Source: Eubacteriales bacterium (GTDB taxonomy: Bacteria > Bacillota > Clostridia > Oscillospirales > JAAYXM01). From it: DNA of 64,000 nucleotides. This document shows, piece after piece, positions 1 to 11,459 of the stretch (within the stretch, counting starts at the first letter, position 1; the number at the start of each line of letters is the position of its first letter). Where the stretch lies: assembly GCA_045652405.1 (NCBI GenBank), contig JAZRUF010000005.1, forward strand, positions 421-64,420. Reading direction: 5' to 3'. Made by a program: the position numbers and the translations under genes. Below the pieces are notes generated by a model. It ran no database searches. It had not been told where the DNA came from and worked only from the letters and a program-made list of their open reading frames with translations.

Positions 1-246
1 CGCAAACAGCGCCAGTCCACACATGATGCCGCCGAAAATCGTTCCGCGCACATCCTTGTTTTCATCATTTCTCGAAAAAAAACAAGCAAACGAAATCAAA
101 ACCACTCCGCCTATAATATATCGGACCGCACCAAAAGAAAACGGACCTACATACGCCATTCCTTCGCTCTGCGCAACAAAAGCCGAGCCCCATATAATCG
201 CAGCAACAATAAGCAAGAGATTTCCCCTGAGGGTTTTATGCTGCAT
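1..246 (-). CDS. DMT (EamA-like) family transporter, N-terminal part; gene continues past window start
   Basis: Not in the ORF track because it has no stop in the window. My minus-strand translation from the ATG at 246 reads MQHKTLRGNLLLIVAAIIWGSAFVAQSEGMAYVGPFSFGAVRYIIGGVVLISFACFF... The IIWGSxFVA motif and consecutive hydrophobic helices are typical of the EamA domain. It starts 2 nt after the stop of the upstream Asp23-like gene. The plus-strand ORF 23..280 is its shadow. Confidence 0.65.
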   Translation of the reverse strand, partial: MQHKTLRGNLLLIVAAIIWGSAFVAQSEGMAYVGPFSFGAVRYIIGGVVLISFACFFSRNDENKDVRGTIFGGIMCGLALFA

Positions 247-248
247 TT

Positions 249-647
249 TTATTTTTCCTCAGCTCCCTCAGTTTTCTTAACCACTTTTTCAAACTGCACT
301 CCTGAAACATGCACGTTTACGGCAGTAACCGTAAGCCCCGCCATTGATTCAATAGCAGACGCAACACCCTCTTGCACATATTTTGCAACCGTCGGAACAA
401 CACTTCCGTACTTTACATTAACGTAAATATCTACAGCGATATTCTCTTCATCTATCTGAAGCTTAACACCCTTTGAAACCGATTTTTTACCCAGAAACTC
501 AGCTATATCAACGCTGCCGTTTCCCAAAGAAGCTACTCCTTCGACCTCAGTTGCAGCCACCGCCGCAATAGATGCTATTACTTCTTCAGATATATTGATA
601 TTGCCGTTTTCCTCTTTTTGAGTTAAATATTCCTTATTATCTGCCAT
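249..647 (-). CDS. Asp23/Gls24 family envelope stress (alkaline shock) protein
   Basis: The pattern ISEEVIASIAAVAATEVEGV...IAVDIYVNVKYG...V..VQ..V..AIE.M.GL.V..VNV.V.GV is the Asp23 family signature. The ATG at 647 sits 9 nt from a GGAGA RBS. The track start at 656 is a GTG abutting the RBS. Confidence 0.85.
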   Translation of the reverse strand: MADNKEYLTQKEENGNINISEEVIASIAAVAATEVEGVASLGNGSVDIAEFLGKKSVSKGVKLQIDEENIAVDIYVNVKYGSVVPTVAKYVQEGVASAIESMAGLTVTAVNVHVSGVQFEKVVKKTEGAEEK

Positions 648-671
648 TTTATGCACTCTCCTTCATACAAT

Positions 672-720
672 TTAAAAAGCAAAATACCGGAGTGATTAAT
701 CAAAATATACACTCCGGTAT
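672..720 (-). terminator. Rho-independent terminator after spoIIIAH
   Basis: 11-bp stem, ataccggagtg (684-694) pairing with cactccggtat (710-720). On the minus-strand RNA it is followed by UUUGCUUUUU. Confidence 0.7.
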
Positions 721-737
721 CTATTATACCCTAAATT

Positions 738-1337
738 TCATTTTATCTCAACTATTTTTATCTGACTTGGTTTGACTTTTGCTTCACTTATTACAATATC
801 CTTGATTTTTGTAGTATCGCTTGCCGTAAGTCCACCCTCTGGTGCCTTTACTATGATGTTTACAGCCTCATCATTTATAAGAGCAACGCAATCCTTAAAT
901 CCCTTTGCTTTTATAAGCGATTCTACCCGCGCTTCAGTAACCGCACCTGTCGCCAAACTCTCCATATTCGATGCCGCCTTGTCTCTTTCCTGCTGGGATA
1001 TGTTCTCCTTTTCGGAATTTTCTTTAAGTATTGTCAGAGCACTGTCTCTCGCCTTTTGTTTTTCAAGCCGCGCATTGGTAAAATAATCGTCCGCAACCGT
1101 CTCTTCGCTTTTCTCCTCTTCATTTTCATCTACATCCATCTTCTCCCCTTCACTGCCCTCTTTTTTTTCCTTTTCACCATTTGCAAGCGTAACCTCCCCT
1201 AAAGTTTTTCCGGTTTCTGTATCCGCCGCAATATTCTGCGTGTAACTCCAATTAAGATAAACAGCCACACAAATAAAAAGCACTATCATCGCAGTAACCG
1301 CATTTTTTCTTTTCATAATCGCATCGCATCCTCTCAT
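738..1337 (-). CDS. spoIIIAH: Stage III sporulation protein AH
   Basis: Last gene of the spoIIIA cluster. It has an N-terminal TM (AVTAMIVLFICVAVYLNWSY), an acidic low-complexity linker and a C-terminal YscJ/FliF-like region (VESLIKAKGFKDCVALINDEAVNIIVK). The start may instead be the ATG at 1316 (MKRKNAV). Confidence 0.8.
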   Translation of the reverse strand: MRGCDAIMKRKNAVTAMIVLFICVAVYLNWSYTQNIAADTETGKTLGEVTLANGEKEKKEGSEGEKMDVDENEEEKSEETVADDYFTNARLEKQKARDSALTILKENSEKENISQQERDKAASNMESLATGAVTEARVESLIKAKGFKDCVALINDEAVNIIVKAPEGGLTASDTTKIKDIVISEAKVKPSQIKIVEIK

Positions 1338-1874
1338 CTAATTTTTCATTTTAATAACTGTAATTCTATCAGACGTAATCCCGGTAAGAGAAGAAATAAC
1401 ATCGGTTATGTACATCCTCACCTTAGGATTGTCCGCTCCGTCACAAACAACCGCTGCACCCAAAAATTCCGGATAAATGGTTTTTACAACAACAGGTGCC
1501 TCACCCCCATTCCCATCCGACAAAATGCTCGGCCTTCTGTCACTGTCGCGGTTTACATCCTTAGTATCTCCGTCATCCTTTTGCTCACGTGTATTGAGCT
1601 TTGTCTCCTCTGCATAAACATACTCCATCCCGGTTTTCATCGTCAATGCAACATCAACTCTTCCCACCCCCGCTCCGCTTTCCAAAATTTCTTCTATGCG
1701 CCTCTCAAGCCCTTCTGCATCAAAACTTTGCGGCTTAGTGTCCGGTATATTTTCCTTTTTCTCACCACCGCTCGGAAGCATAAGTATCACTATCCCTGCA
1801 ATGATAATAACAATTAAATATCTGTTTGCAGAAAAAAGCTTCTGAAGTTTTGCAAAAACACTTCTTATATCCAA
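1338..1874 (-). CDS. spoIIIAG: Stage III sporulation protein AG
   Basis: Assigned by operon position. It has an N-terminal TM, then LERRIEEILESGAGVGRVDVALTM and a C-terminal PEFLGAAVVCDGADNP motif, both typical of SpoIIIAG. Confidence 0.8.
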   Translation of the reverse strand: MDIRSVFAKLQKLFSANRYLIVIIIAGIVILMLPSGGEKKENIPDTKPQSFDAEGLERRIEEILESGAGVGRVDVALTMKTGMEYVYAEETKLNTREQKDDGDTKDVNRDSDRRPSILSDGNGGEAPVVVKTIYPEFLGAAVVCDGADNPKVRMYITDVISSLTGITSDRITVIKMKN

Positions 1875-1877
1875 GGT

Positions 1878-2378
1878 TTATAAACCTCCTTTTTGTTCAA
1901 ATGCAACTCTGTCCTCGGCAATGTCACATTCACGCTTTACCGTTTTTTTTATTTCCTTACGCTCAGCTTCAGAAACCTTTCTATCCGTTATAATTCTAAC
2001 CTCCTCAGGATATAAATACCCGTCCTTCCTTTTTACAACCTCAACCGCTATCCCTTCGCAATCCAAGCCAAAATCAAGCAGTCGTTGAGATATATATGAG
2101 GATATTTCCTTTTCTATGATTTCTTTCTGAATATTTTCATTTTCCTCCTGTAAATGGCGGCTTTGTCTCTCAAACTCCAGCTCATAACCGCGGTCATTTT
2201 TCATAATATCCGATACGCTCAGTGACTTAAAAGGCGAAATAACCGCCATTATAAGCACCAAAGCCCCAGCAAGCTGTACACATCGCCCCGCAGAATTTTG
2301 CGGTACAATTGCTTTTATGACAGAAACAATTATTGCCACTGCGCATATTCCGCCAACCCAGTCTTTTACAAGCTCCAT
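1878..2378 (-). CDS. spoIIIAF: Stage III sporulation protein AF
   Basis: Assigned by operon position. Two N-terminal TM helices (WVGGICAVAIIVSVIKAIVP, LAGALVLIMAVISPF) are followed by a charged cytoplasmic domain, as in SpoIIIAF. Confidence 0.75.
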   Translation of the reverse strand: MELVKDWVGGICAVAIIVSVIKAIVPQNSAGRCVQLAGALVLIMAVISPFKSLSVSDIMKNDRGYELEFERQSRHLQEENENIQKEIIEKEISSYISQRLLDFGLDCEGIAVEVVKRKDGYLYPEEVRIITDRKVSEAERKEIKKTVKRECDIAEDRVAFEQKGGL

Positions 2379-2390
2379 TTTACTACTCCT

Positions 2391-3497
2391 CTATATTACA
2401 CCTACCGCATACATACTGCTTAAAATTGACAAAAACATCAGCAGCGCGCAAGATGCAGACATCCCCAATACTATTCCAAAACTTCCTCCTATCCTTTCCA
2501 CCAAATGTGTCAGTCGGCTTTCCGTCATCGGTGCAATAACCGTCGCGGACAATTTAAAGAGGAAGTAATTTACGCCTAGCGTAAGAAAAGGTGTTAAACA
2601 TATAGATAAAATTGTCAGCATCCCGAACACACCAATGGCGTTTTTCATAATCGTTGCTCCTGCAATAACCGTTCCCGCCGCATCAGCTATTATGCCGCCG
2701 ACAACTGGAACCGCACCGCTTATCGCAAACTTTGCAGTTTTAACACCTATTCCGTCACCCGCACCGGCAAGAATTCCAGATACACTCAAGTATGCAACAA
2801 ATGCGGTCAGCGCAATTTTAAGCCCGCTCGAAACCAACCACTTAATAAAATCTGATATTTTACCCAGTGCACTGTTTTCAATTGCCGCATCCGCGCATGC
2901 CACAATGATATAGGCATAAACCAAAGGAAAAAACAAATTTTTAACAGCACTCACAAGTAAATCCGCAAAAAAGACCGTAGCAGTATACCTCGCCGTAGCA
3001 GCTAACGGTGTACCCGCAGCCGTAGCCGCCGCGCATAATGATGGAAGAAGAGTTTTGGAAAAAGCGTTTATCTCCTCTACCGCAGTCTGTCCCATACCGA
3101 TAATCGTGTTGAAACTTCCGGTACATGCCGCAGTAATCGCAAGTGCTCCTGCAGTAACAACAAATTCAGGAAGCCTGCCGTTTTGTCCGCTCGCATATAA
3201 CGGTATAACAATTCCGCACAGTGCAGCAATTACTAAAATCGCCGCCGCACTCTTGAGCCCACGGCGAAACACATTTTCAAACTCTCCGAAAAGACGGCCT
3301 TTAAGCTTTTTAAGTCCCCCATCAAGCGATAGGTTCTCTTCCACAGAAAAACCATCCTGAGCAGATTCAGGTACACTTTCCTCAAGCGCCCGAATATTTA
3401 GTGCATCGTATTGCCTATCAAAAAACGAATCATCCGCCGCATATGAACTTGCGCTAAAAAATATCGTGAAAGCAACTACTGCCAAAACAAACTTCAT
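2391..3497 (-). CDS. spoIIIAE: Stage III sporulation protein AE
   Basis: 368-aa polytopic membrane protein with a signal-like N-terminus. Its size and position match SpoIIIAE. Confidence 0.85.
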   Translation of the reverse strand: MKFVLAVVAFTIFFSASSYAADDSFFDRQYDALNIRALEESVPESAQDGFSVEENLSLDGGLKKLKGRLFGEFENVFRRGLKSAAAILVIAALCGIVIPLYASGQNGRLPEFVVTAGALAITAACTGSFNTIIGMGQTAVEEINAFSKTLLPSLCAAATAAGTPLAATARYTATVFFADLLVSAVKNLFFPLVYAYIIVACADAAIENSALGKISDFIKWLVSSGLKIALTAFVAYLSVSGILAGAGDGIGVKTAKFAISGAVPVVGGIIADAAGTVIAGATIMKNAIGVFGMLTILSICLTPFLTLGVNYFLFKLSATVIAPMTESRLTHLVERIGGSFGIVLGMSASCALLMFLSILSSMYAVGVI

Positions 3498-3513
3498 TAT
3501 TTTTCATTCCCAT

Positions 3514-3897
3514 CTAAATAGATGCGACCAATTCCATCACGCTCATGAGAAGCGGAAGCGAAATCACCACCGCTACCACGCATCCTGCAAACTCCACACA
3601 GGATGCTAATGCCGCACTGCCCGCGTCTCTACACACATCCGCAGAAATTTTGCTTACAACCGAAACCGCAACCGTTTTTATAAGTGGTGAAAAAACCGGT
3701 TTTATAACCCTTGTATATCCAGCCATATCATCTATAAATGATGTTATATTATTTACCGCGCCTATCACCGACCACATTATCACAGCTCCCGCGCAAATTA
3801 GCAAAACAACCGCTATTTCCGGCGCACTCTTTTTTATTGACAAAGCGGCTATCGCAGAAAGCACCGCCAATCCCGCACATTTAATTAAAACATCCAT
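3514..3897 (-). CDS. spoIIIAD: Stage III sporulation protein AD
   Basis: Small four-TM protein. I place the start at ATG 3897 (MDVLIKCAGLAVL), 4 nt after the spoIIIAC stop. The track start at 3942 would overlap spoIIIAC by 41 nt. Confidence 0.8.
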   Translation of the reverse strand: MDVLIKCAGLAVLSAIAALSIKKSAPEIAVVLLICAGAVIMWSVIGAVNNITSFIDDMAGYTRVIKPVFSPLIKTVAVSVVSKISADVCRDAGSAALASCVEFAGCVVAVVISLPLLMSVMELVASI

Positions 3898-3901
3898 TTT
3901 T

Positions 3902-4096
3902 CTAAAATCCAAATGTACTCTTAACCAAATCAAATAATGCACTTATTTCACGTATAATTATCATTAAAACCACAATTAGTCCGGCAAGAGTTGTCATCAT
4001 AGCCTGCTCTTCTCTGCCTGACCGTATCAAAAGTTGATTGAGTACGGATACCAAAATCCCTATCGCCGCTACTTTGAAAATTAAATCGACTTGCAT
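3902..4096 (-). CDS. spoIIIAC: Stage III sporulation protein AC
   Basis: 64-aa two-TM protein, IFKVAAIGILVSVLNQLL..GREEQA....LAGLIVVL, closely resembling Bacillus SpoIIIAC. Confidence 0.85.
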   Translation of the reverse strand: MQVDLIFKVAAIGILVSVLNQLLIRSGREEQAMMTTLAGLIVVLMIIIREISALFDLVKSTFGF

Positions 4097-4134
4097 ATTC
4101 TCTCACCTATCCGGCATTGCCACAGAAGTATGTC

Positions 4135-4650
4135 TTAAATAAATACAATCACCAACGCTATCCCGCAAGCAACACCTAAACTTCCATATAACTTTCCTAA
4201 TCTTCCTTTTTCACTCTCCGCAGCTTTAGCACGTCCCTCCAGCACCTTTCTCAAATGCTCAATCCTCGCCGCCTGTTCATTGGCATCATACCTTCCAAGC
4301 GTATTTCCCAAATCAAGCAAAACTTGCTTTTCCTGACCGGTAAGCTCCATATAATCCGCACGACCGAGTGCACTGCTCCACGCACTGTAAAAGCTTATAT
4401 CTGCCTGTTTATTGCATATTTCCATACATTCATCAAAGAACGTTTTTATAGGCTCTTTAACGCTTTTTTTGCATTTTATCATAAGCTCATTTACAGGTGT
4501 CAATAAAAATTTAATTTCAGAATGCATCATATCCAATACACTCATCCACGCATTGAGCACATTTATCCTTAACGTCAGTCGATTTGCCGCAGATATTCCT
4601 ATAGCCGCACTTCCGCTGCAAATCATGATTGCGCCAATCATTTTAAGCAT
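4135..4650 (-). CDS. spoIIIAB: Stage III sporulation protein AB
   Basis: 171 aa with N- and C-terminal TM helices flanking a helical GspF-like domain. Assigned also by operon position. Confidence 0.8.
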   Translation of the reverse strand: MLKMIGAIMICSGSAAIGISAANRLTLRINVLNAWMSVLDMMHSEIKFLLTPVNELMIKCKKSVKEPIKTFFDECMEICNKQADISFYSAWSSALGRADYMELTGQEKQVLLDLGNTLGRYDANEQAARIEHLRKVLEGRAKAAESEKGRLGKLYGSLGVACGIALVIVFI

Positions 4651-4675
4651 TTACTTTTCATCTCCTGGAATTTTC

Positions 4676-5596
4676 TTATCTCAACCGCTCTATACGATAT
4701 GTATGTTCACGCCCATTTCTTTCAAGCACAACAGCATATTTAAATATCTCCTGCTCCATAAGGCTTCTATATAAATTCCTTTTAAAAAGAGACTCTACAT
4801 CTTCGCCGTGCGCTGTAGCCAATAAGCCTACACCGCAGTTTGATGCATACTCAATCGCATGCACATCCTCCTGCGCGGTTATCTCATCAACCGCGAGTAT
4901 TTGTGGTGACATTGATCTCAGCATAAGCATCATTGCCCCCGCCTTGTTTACCCCTTCCATAACATCTGTCTGTTTTCCCACGTCAAACTGAGGAACACCT
5001 CTGTACTTAGCCGCAATTTCACCGCGTTCATCAGCCACTGCAATTCTGAAGTTAACACTGAGAATACGTATTAAATCCCTGAGCATCGTGGTCTTTCCAT
5101 ACCCCGGTGGCGATACGATAAGCGTATTTTGAAACACACCACCAATAACCAAATCAGGTGCCAATTTTTCAGCTATCCCCGGAAACTCCTTGGCAATTCT
5201 CACCGATACCGAGGATATATCTTTTATAAAAGTAAGTTCTTTATTCTTTAAAACCCCGGTTCCGCAAAGACCTATTCTGTGTCCCCCGGAAACGGTTATA
5301 AACCCGTTTTTTATACTATCTGCCGCTGAATGTACCGAGCCACCGGTCGCAAGCTCTAACACCGCATTTAATTCTTCATGACGCACAGGGCTTTCACTTG
5401 CAATCTCCACCTCTCCCGAAGGAAGAAGCACCGTCATCCGCTGTCCCGACCTCAGCCTGAATTCCTCCGCCTGCTCTTTAAGGTTTCCGTCTATCTGCAT
5501 TACCTGACCACGAAAGCGCGGGGGTAAAAACTGAACCGCCTGTCCAAACCGTTTTTGTAAATCATTTTTCTTTCTCATAATTGTTTCCTCCATCAT
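4676..5596 (-). CDS. spoIIIAA: Stage III sporulation protein AA (secretion-type AAA ATPase)
   Basis: Walker A SPPGYGKTT and Walker B-like ILAVDEI. First gene of the eight-gene spoIIIA cluster. The exact start is uncertain. Confidence 0.85.
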   Translation of the reverse strand: MMEETIMRKKNDLQKRFGQAVQFLPPRFRGQVMQIDGNLKEQAEEFRLRSGQRMTVLLPSGEVEIASESPVRHEELNAVLELATGGSVHSAADSIKNGFITVSGGHRIGLCGTGVLKNKELTFIKDISSVSVRIAKEFPGIAEKLAPDLVIGGVFQNTLIVSPPGYGKTTMLRDLIRILSVNFRIAVADERGEIAAKYRGVPQFDVGKQTDVMEGVNKAGAMMLMLRSMSPQILAVDEITAQEDVHAIEYASNCGVGLLATAHGEDVESLFKRNLYRSLMEQEIFKYAVVLERNGREHTYRIERLR

Positions 5597-5689
5597 TTGT
5601 GTTGCTACATCTTATGAGAGAGCATATCCTTTTAGAACAAAAACTATCATATGATGTCCGGAATGTGGTTGCTCACGCGTTTTTTTACT

Positions 5690-5729
5690 CAACAAAAAAT
5701 CGGCCGCGATTTAAAAATCACAGCCGATT
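5690..5729 (-). terminator. Rho-independent terminator after the YcxB-like gene
   Basis: Stem 5698-5708 pairs with 5719-5729. The two C-A mismatches on the plus strand become G-U wobbles on the minus-strand RNA. A U-run follows. Confidence 0.55.
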
Positions 5730-5734
5730 TTTCA

Positions 5735-6241
5735 CTATCCTCTTTTGAATTTTATTCTACCCGGGTGTATCTTGTCCACGACCCACTCAACAAACAGCTT
5801 TTCATGGTCTTTTGACTCAAAACTCCGCTTAGGAAAATAAAAAGCTTTATTGCGCGTAAGAAACATAAAATAACAATCCTTAACTTCTACGACTTTATAT
5901 ACATCGTCCCATTCAAGCTTCAACTCACCGCTTTGTGCCTGTTGAATTATTCCTTCGTCATTTAACGTAAGTGTCAGCAAATCCGATACGTTTGACATAG
6001 CGTATATTCTTGATGCACGCCAGTTTATGTATAACCGTATAGCAAAATACACAATCACGCATCCCGCAACCGCAACTGTCGCAAGAAGCGGCACAGACCA
6101 CGCAAGCAAGCGCATAAACACAAAGCAAACAAAAAAACCTCCTGCCAAAGAACCGATAAGGGTAGAAGCTTTTGTTTGAAGCTTGCATAGGCTTTTATAA
6201 TCGTGAAGTGTCAAATCAGTCTTAAAAACCATGGTTTCCAT
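5735..6241 (-). CDS. YcxB-like membrane protein (two TM plus PH-like C-terminal domain)
   Basis: Two TM helices (LIGSLAGGFFVCFVFMRLLAW, LLATVAVAGCVIVYFAI) are followed by VVEVKDCYFMFLTRNKAFYFPKRSF, typical of the YcxB family. Its ATG immediately follows the gatB stop (TAAATG). Confidence 0.55.
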   Translation of the reverse strand: METMVFKTDLTLHDYKSLCKLQTKASTLIGSLAGGFFVCFVFMRLLAWSVPLLATVAVAGCVIVYFAIRLYINWRASRIYAMSNVSDLLTLTLNDEGIIQQAQSGELKLEWDDVYKVVEVKDCYFMFLTRNKAFYFPKRSFESKDHEKLFVEWVVDKIHPGRIKFKRG

Positions 6242-7678
6242 TTAATTAACCCGCCTTTCCAAATTTTCTTTTATACTCTCGCAAAGCATGTGCGGGTTTG
6301 CACGGCCACCGCTTTTGCGCATACACTGACCGGTCAGGAACCCAAACGCATTCTTTTTACCCGCCATATAATCGCTTACAGCTTGAGGATTCTCCTCAAT
6401 AACCTGCGCTACAAGTTTATCTATCTGCGCCCTATCGCTTAGCTGGCAAAGTCCAAGCTTTTCAATAGCCTCCCCCGCACTTCCGCCGTTTTCAAATAAA
6501 TATACCACCGCGCGTTTTCCGGCAGATACGCTTATTTCGGAAGTCTCAATAGCTTTTACAACCTCAGCAAAGCTCTCCACCGTCAATCCCGACTCTGCTA
6601 TCTCTATTTTACTTTCATTGACGCAGCTTTGCACCTGACTAATGATTAAATTAGCGGTAGTTTCCTCGGAAGCTCCAAACTCAATGCACTTATCGAAAAA
6701 TCTCGCAGTTTTTGGGTTTGCACTTATCTGCGCCGCAGTAGCTTCCGGCACGTTCATTTCATTTATATATCTCATCCGCTTTGCTATTTCAAACTCCGGC
6801 AGCAATGCTTTGATTTGCTTTTTCTCTTCATTTGATATTTCAATAACCGGAATATCCGGCTCAGGGAAATACCTGTAATCCGCTGAATTTTCCTTGCTTC
6901 GCAGAAGAAAGCTTTCCCGCTTCTCATCATCCCATCTGCGAGTCTGCTGCTCTACCTTTCCGCCGGCTTTTAAAATTTCTGTCTGTCTCTTTATCTCATA
7001 CCTTATCGCGCGCTCAGCACCAGAAAAGGTATTTACATTTTTCATCTCCACCCGCGGCATCAGCTCATTGCATCCATCTTCTCGAAGTGATACGTTGACA
7101 TCGCATCTCAGAGAACCCTCCTGCATACGGCAATCGGATATACCTAAATACATAAGCATTGTTTTAAGTGCATCCAAAAACGCACGCGCCTGCTCGGGTG
7201 AGTGAAAAATCGGTTGTGTAACTATTTCTATTAGCGGCACACCACAGCGGTTATAGTCAATCAGCGTCTCACCACTCGGTAAGTGTATAAGCTTTCCGGC
7301 ATCTTCTTCAATATGTATCTGTCGTATAGCGGCGCGTTTTACCTCACCTTCAAAAAAATACTCAAACTCACCGTCGGTACAGAGAGGAAGCGCAAACTGC
7401 GAAATCTGATATCCCTTAGGCAAATCCGGGTAAAAATAGTTTTTACGGCTCTGTACGGTTTTGCTTGCAATTTTCGCATTCATCGCTGCACCCGCAAGCA
7501 TAGCAAACTCTACAGCCTTTTTATTTAGGCTGGGCAGCGCACCCGGCATACCTGTACAAACCGGACAGCAACGCGAATTAGGCTCCCCACCAAACTCATT
7601 GCGGCACGTGCAGTACATCTTGGTCTCCGTGTCAAGCTCAGCATGAACCTCAAGGCCTATCACCGGTTGAAAACTCAC
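6242..7678 (-). CDS. gatB: Asp-tRNA(Asn)/Glu-tRNA(Gln) amidotransferase subunit B
   Basis: N-terminus PVIGLEVHAELDTETKMYC with a full-length GatB-like sequence. It overlaps the gatA stop by 4 nt. Confidence 0.95.
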   Translation of the reverse strand: MSFQPVIGLEVHAELDTETKMYCTCRNEFGGEPNSRCCPVCTGMPGALPSLNKKAVEFAMLAGAAMNAKIASKTVQSRKNYFYPDLPKGYQISQFALPLCTDGEFEYFFEGEVKRAAIRQIHIEEDAGKLIHLPSGETLIDYNRCGVPLIEIVTQPIFHSPEQARAFLDALKTMLMYLGISDCRMQEGSLRCDVNVSLREDGCNELMPRVEMKNVNTFSGAERAIRYEIKRQTEILKAGGKVEQQTRRWDDEKRESFLLRSKENSADYRYFPEPDIPVIEISNEEKKQIKALLPEFEIAKRMRYINEMNVPEATAAQISANPKTARFFDKCIEFGASEETTANLIISQVQSCVNESKIEIAESGLTVESFAEVVKAIETSEISVSAGKRAVVYLFENGGSAGEAIEKLGLCQLSDRAQIDKLVAQVIEENPQAVSDYMAGKKNAFGFLTGQCMRKSGGRANPHMLCESIKENLERRVN

Positions 7679-9030
7679 AGCACATCACCGCCTTTAATCT
7701 GACTTTCAAGAAAGCGCGCAAGACTTATAAGTTTAGAGTCCATGCCGTGTCGCGCCATAATCTGCACGCCTATCGGAAGCCCTTCACAGTTATACCCTAT
7801 TGGTATCGAAATTGCCGGGCATCCGGTCAGGTTTGCAATTACCGTATAATAATCGCTTTCATACATCGATGCCGGTTTTTTAGTAAGCTCACCTAATTTA
7901 GGTGCAGCAGTCTTGCATACCGGCGAAATAAAGAAGTCGCACTCATCTTTAAACATTTCATCGAAGTCACGTCTTAGCTTTTCGCGTGCAAGCTCTGCCT
8001 TTTGGTAGTACTGCAAATAATATCCCTCAGAGAGTGCAAACGTTCCAAGCAAAATGCGGCGTTTGACCTCGTCACCAAATCCGCGACTGCGCGCTGATTT
8101 TATCATTTCACCAATGTTCTTGCAACCTTCTATCTTAAGGCCGTATTTAATTCCGTCAAACCTGGCTAAGTTGGACGAAGCCTCTGCGGACGAGAGAATA
8201 TAATACATAGGCAATAAATGCTCAGTCATCGGAACATCGACACTAACCGGCTTTGCCCCGCCATTTTCAAGCGCATTTATTGCACGCTTAACCCCCGCTT
8301 GAACCGCGCTGTCTGCCGCCCCATTATAAGCGTCGCATACCCCTATTTTTATATCGCTTATCGAAAGCTTTTCATCTTCAAAAATATGTATTTCGCGCGA
8401 GGTCTGATCCCGGTCATCCTTCCCATATATAACTTGTGCGATCCTCGCGGTTGTTTCTGCATCCTTAGCCAAAATTCCTATCTGGTCCATGGACGAGGCA
8501 AACGCAATAAGCCCGAATCTGGAAACCGCACCGTAGCTTGGCTTAAGACCTATCACGCCACAATAAGCCGCAGGCTGACGCACCGAACCGCCCGTATCAC
8601 TGCCGAGTGCCGCAGGAACAATCCCTGCCGCTACAGCCGACGCAGAGCCGCTGGATGAGCCACCCGCCGCATATCCGTCCTTACAAGGGTTTACAACATG
8701 CCCAAAAGCCGAGTTCTCGCCGGTAGACCCCATGCCGAATTCATCCATATTGGTTTTGCCTATAATAACCGCTCCGGCTTTTTGCAAAAGCTCCACTGCA
8801 TGAGCATCGTAATCAGGGTTAAACCCACTGAGGATGCGTGACGCACAAGTAGTTTTCATTTGAGCTGTACAGATATTATCCTTTACAGCTATCGGCATAC
8901 CACTAAGTGGCAACCCCTCGACTATATTAATTTCTCTTGCCACTTCATTTACGCTTAAAAACGCATTCAGCCGTTTATTCTCGCGCTCTATTTTATCAAG
9001 AGCCTCGCATACCGAGTAATCTTTTTTCAC
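7675..9030 (-). CDS. gatA: Asp-tRNA(Asn)/Glu-tRNA(Gln) amidotransferase subunit A
   Basis: Amidase signature GGSSSGSASAVAAG and the KDNI..... TTCASRIL motif. It lies between gatC and gatB. Confidence 0.95.
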   Translation of the reverse strand: MKKDYSVCEALDKIERENKRLNAFLSVNEVAREINIVEGLPLSGMPIAVKDNICTAQMKTTCASRILSGFNPDYDAHAVELLQKAGAVIIGKTNMDEFGMGSTGENSAFGHVVNPCKDGYAAGGSSSGSASAVAAGIVPAALGSDTGGSVRQPAAYCGVIGLKPSYGAVSRFGLIAFASSMDQIGILAKDAETTARIAQVIYGKDDRDQTSREIHIFEDEKLSISDIKIGVCDAYNGAADSAVQAGVKRAINALENGGAKPVSVDVPMTEHLLPMYYILSSAEASSNLARFDGIKYGLKIEGCKNIGEMIKSARSRGFGDEVKRRILLGTFALSEGYYLQYYQKAELAREKLRRDFDEMFKDECDFFISPVCKTAAPKLGELTKKPASMYESDYYTVIANLTGCPAISIPIGYNCEGLPIGVQIMARHGMDSKLISLARFLESQIKGGDVL

Positions 9031-9033
9031 AGC

Positions 9034-9285
9034 CTACACCCCTTTTATACGAGGCACGCATATCCCCTCAGCAAAGGCAGGTACTTTACTCGGCCTATCA
9101 CTTCTTACTTCATCTTCTCTCAGATTTCCGAGCGTCACTTTAAAGCTGACATCCAACTCTTCCACCTGAAGTTTTGACAGGCTGTCCGCCATAGAAATCA
9201 TATCACGTATATCCGCTTCAAGCTTCAGGGCATCGTCAAGCTCAAGGTATGCAAGTTCTGCCGAGTGCTTTAATACTTCCTTCAT
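9034..9285 (-). CDS. gatC: Asp-tRNA(Asn)/Glu-tRNA(Gln) amidotransferase subunit C
   Basis: 83-aa protein directly upstream of gatA. Size, position and its acidic helical character fit GatC. Confidence 0.75.
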   Translation of the reverse strand: MKEVLKHSAELAYLELDDALKLEADIRDMISMADSLSKLQVEELDVSFKVTLGNLREDEVRSDRPSKVPAFAEGICVPRIKGV

Positions 9286-9290
9286 GGAAA

Positions 9291-11339
<2,049 letters not shown>

Positions 11340-11383
11340 TTAAATCCATTCATAAAAGTGTTTAACTAATTTTTTCACAATAT

Positions 11384-11412
11384 GCATATTATTTGCATAA
11401 ACTTATAATAAT
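11384..11412 (+). promoter_or_regulatory. Candidate sporulation (sigma-E-like) promoter for yunB
   Basis: GCATATT, a 14-nt spacer, then ATAATAAT loosely resembles the mother-cell sigma-E consensus (-35 ..CATATT, -10 CATACA.T). The -10 match is weak. Confidence 0.25.
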
Positions 11413-11459
11413 GACTGCAAAGGGTATTGCGCCCAATTTGTGCTGAGAAGGTGGTAGCT

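Noticed and set aside
23-426. Plus-strand ORFs 23..280 and 238..426 at the window start
   Set aside because: They are antisense to the EamA-type transporter fragment and the Asp23 gene, both of which carry recognisable family motifs on the minus strand.
723-728. TATAAT hexamer (minus strand) between spoIIIAH and the Asp23 gene
   Set aside because: It lies upstream of the spoIIIA terminator hairpin and has no -35 or TG extension, so it is more likely chance in AT-rich DNA than an asp23 promoter.
5597-5690. Possible sigma-E promoter for the spoIIIA operon (TCATATG ... GATATGCT on the minus strand)
   Set aside because: The two elements are about 19 nt apart, whereas the Bacillus sigma-E consensus spacing is about 14 nt, and the -10 match is partial. 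A sporulation promoter is expected here but I cannot place it.
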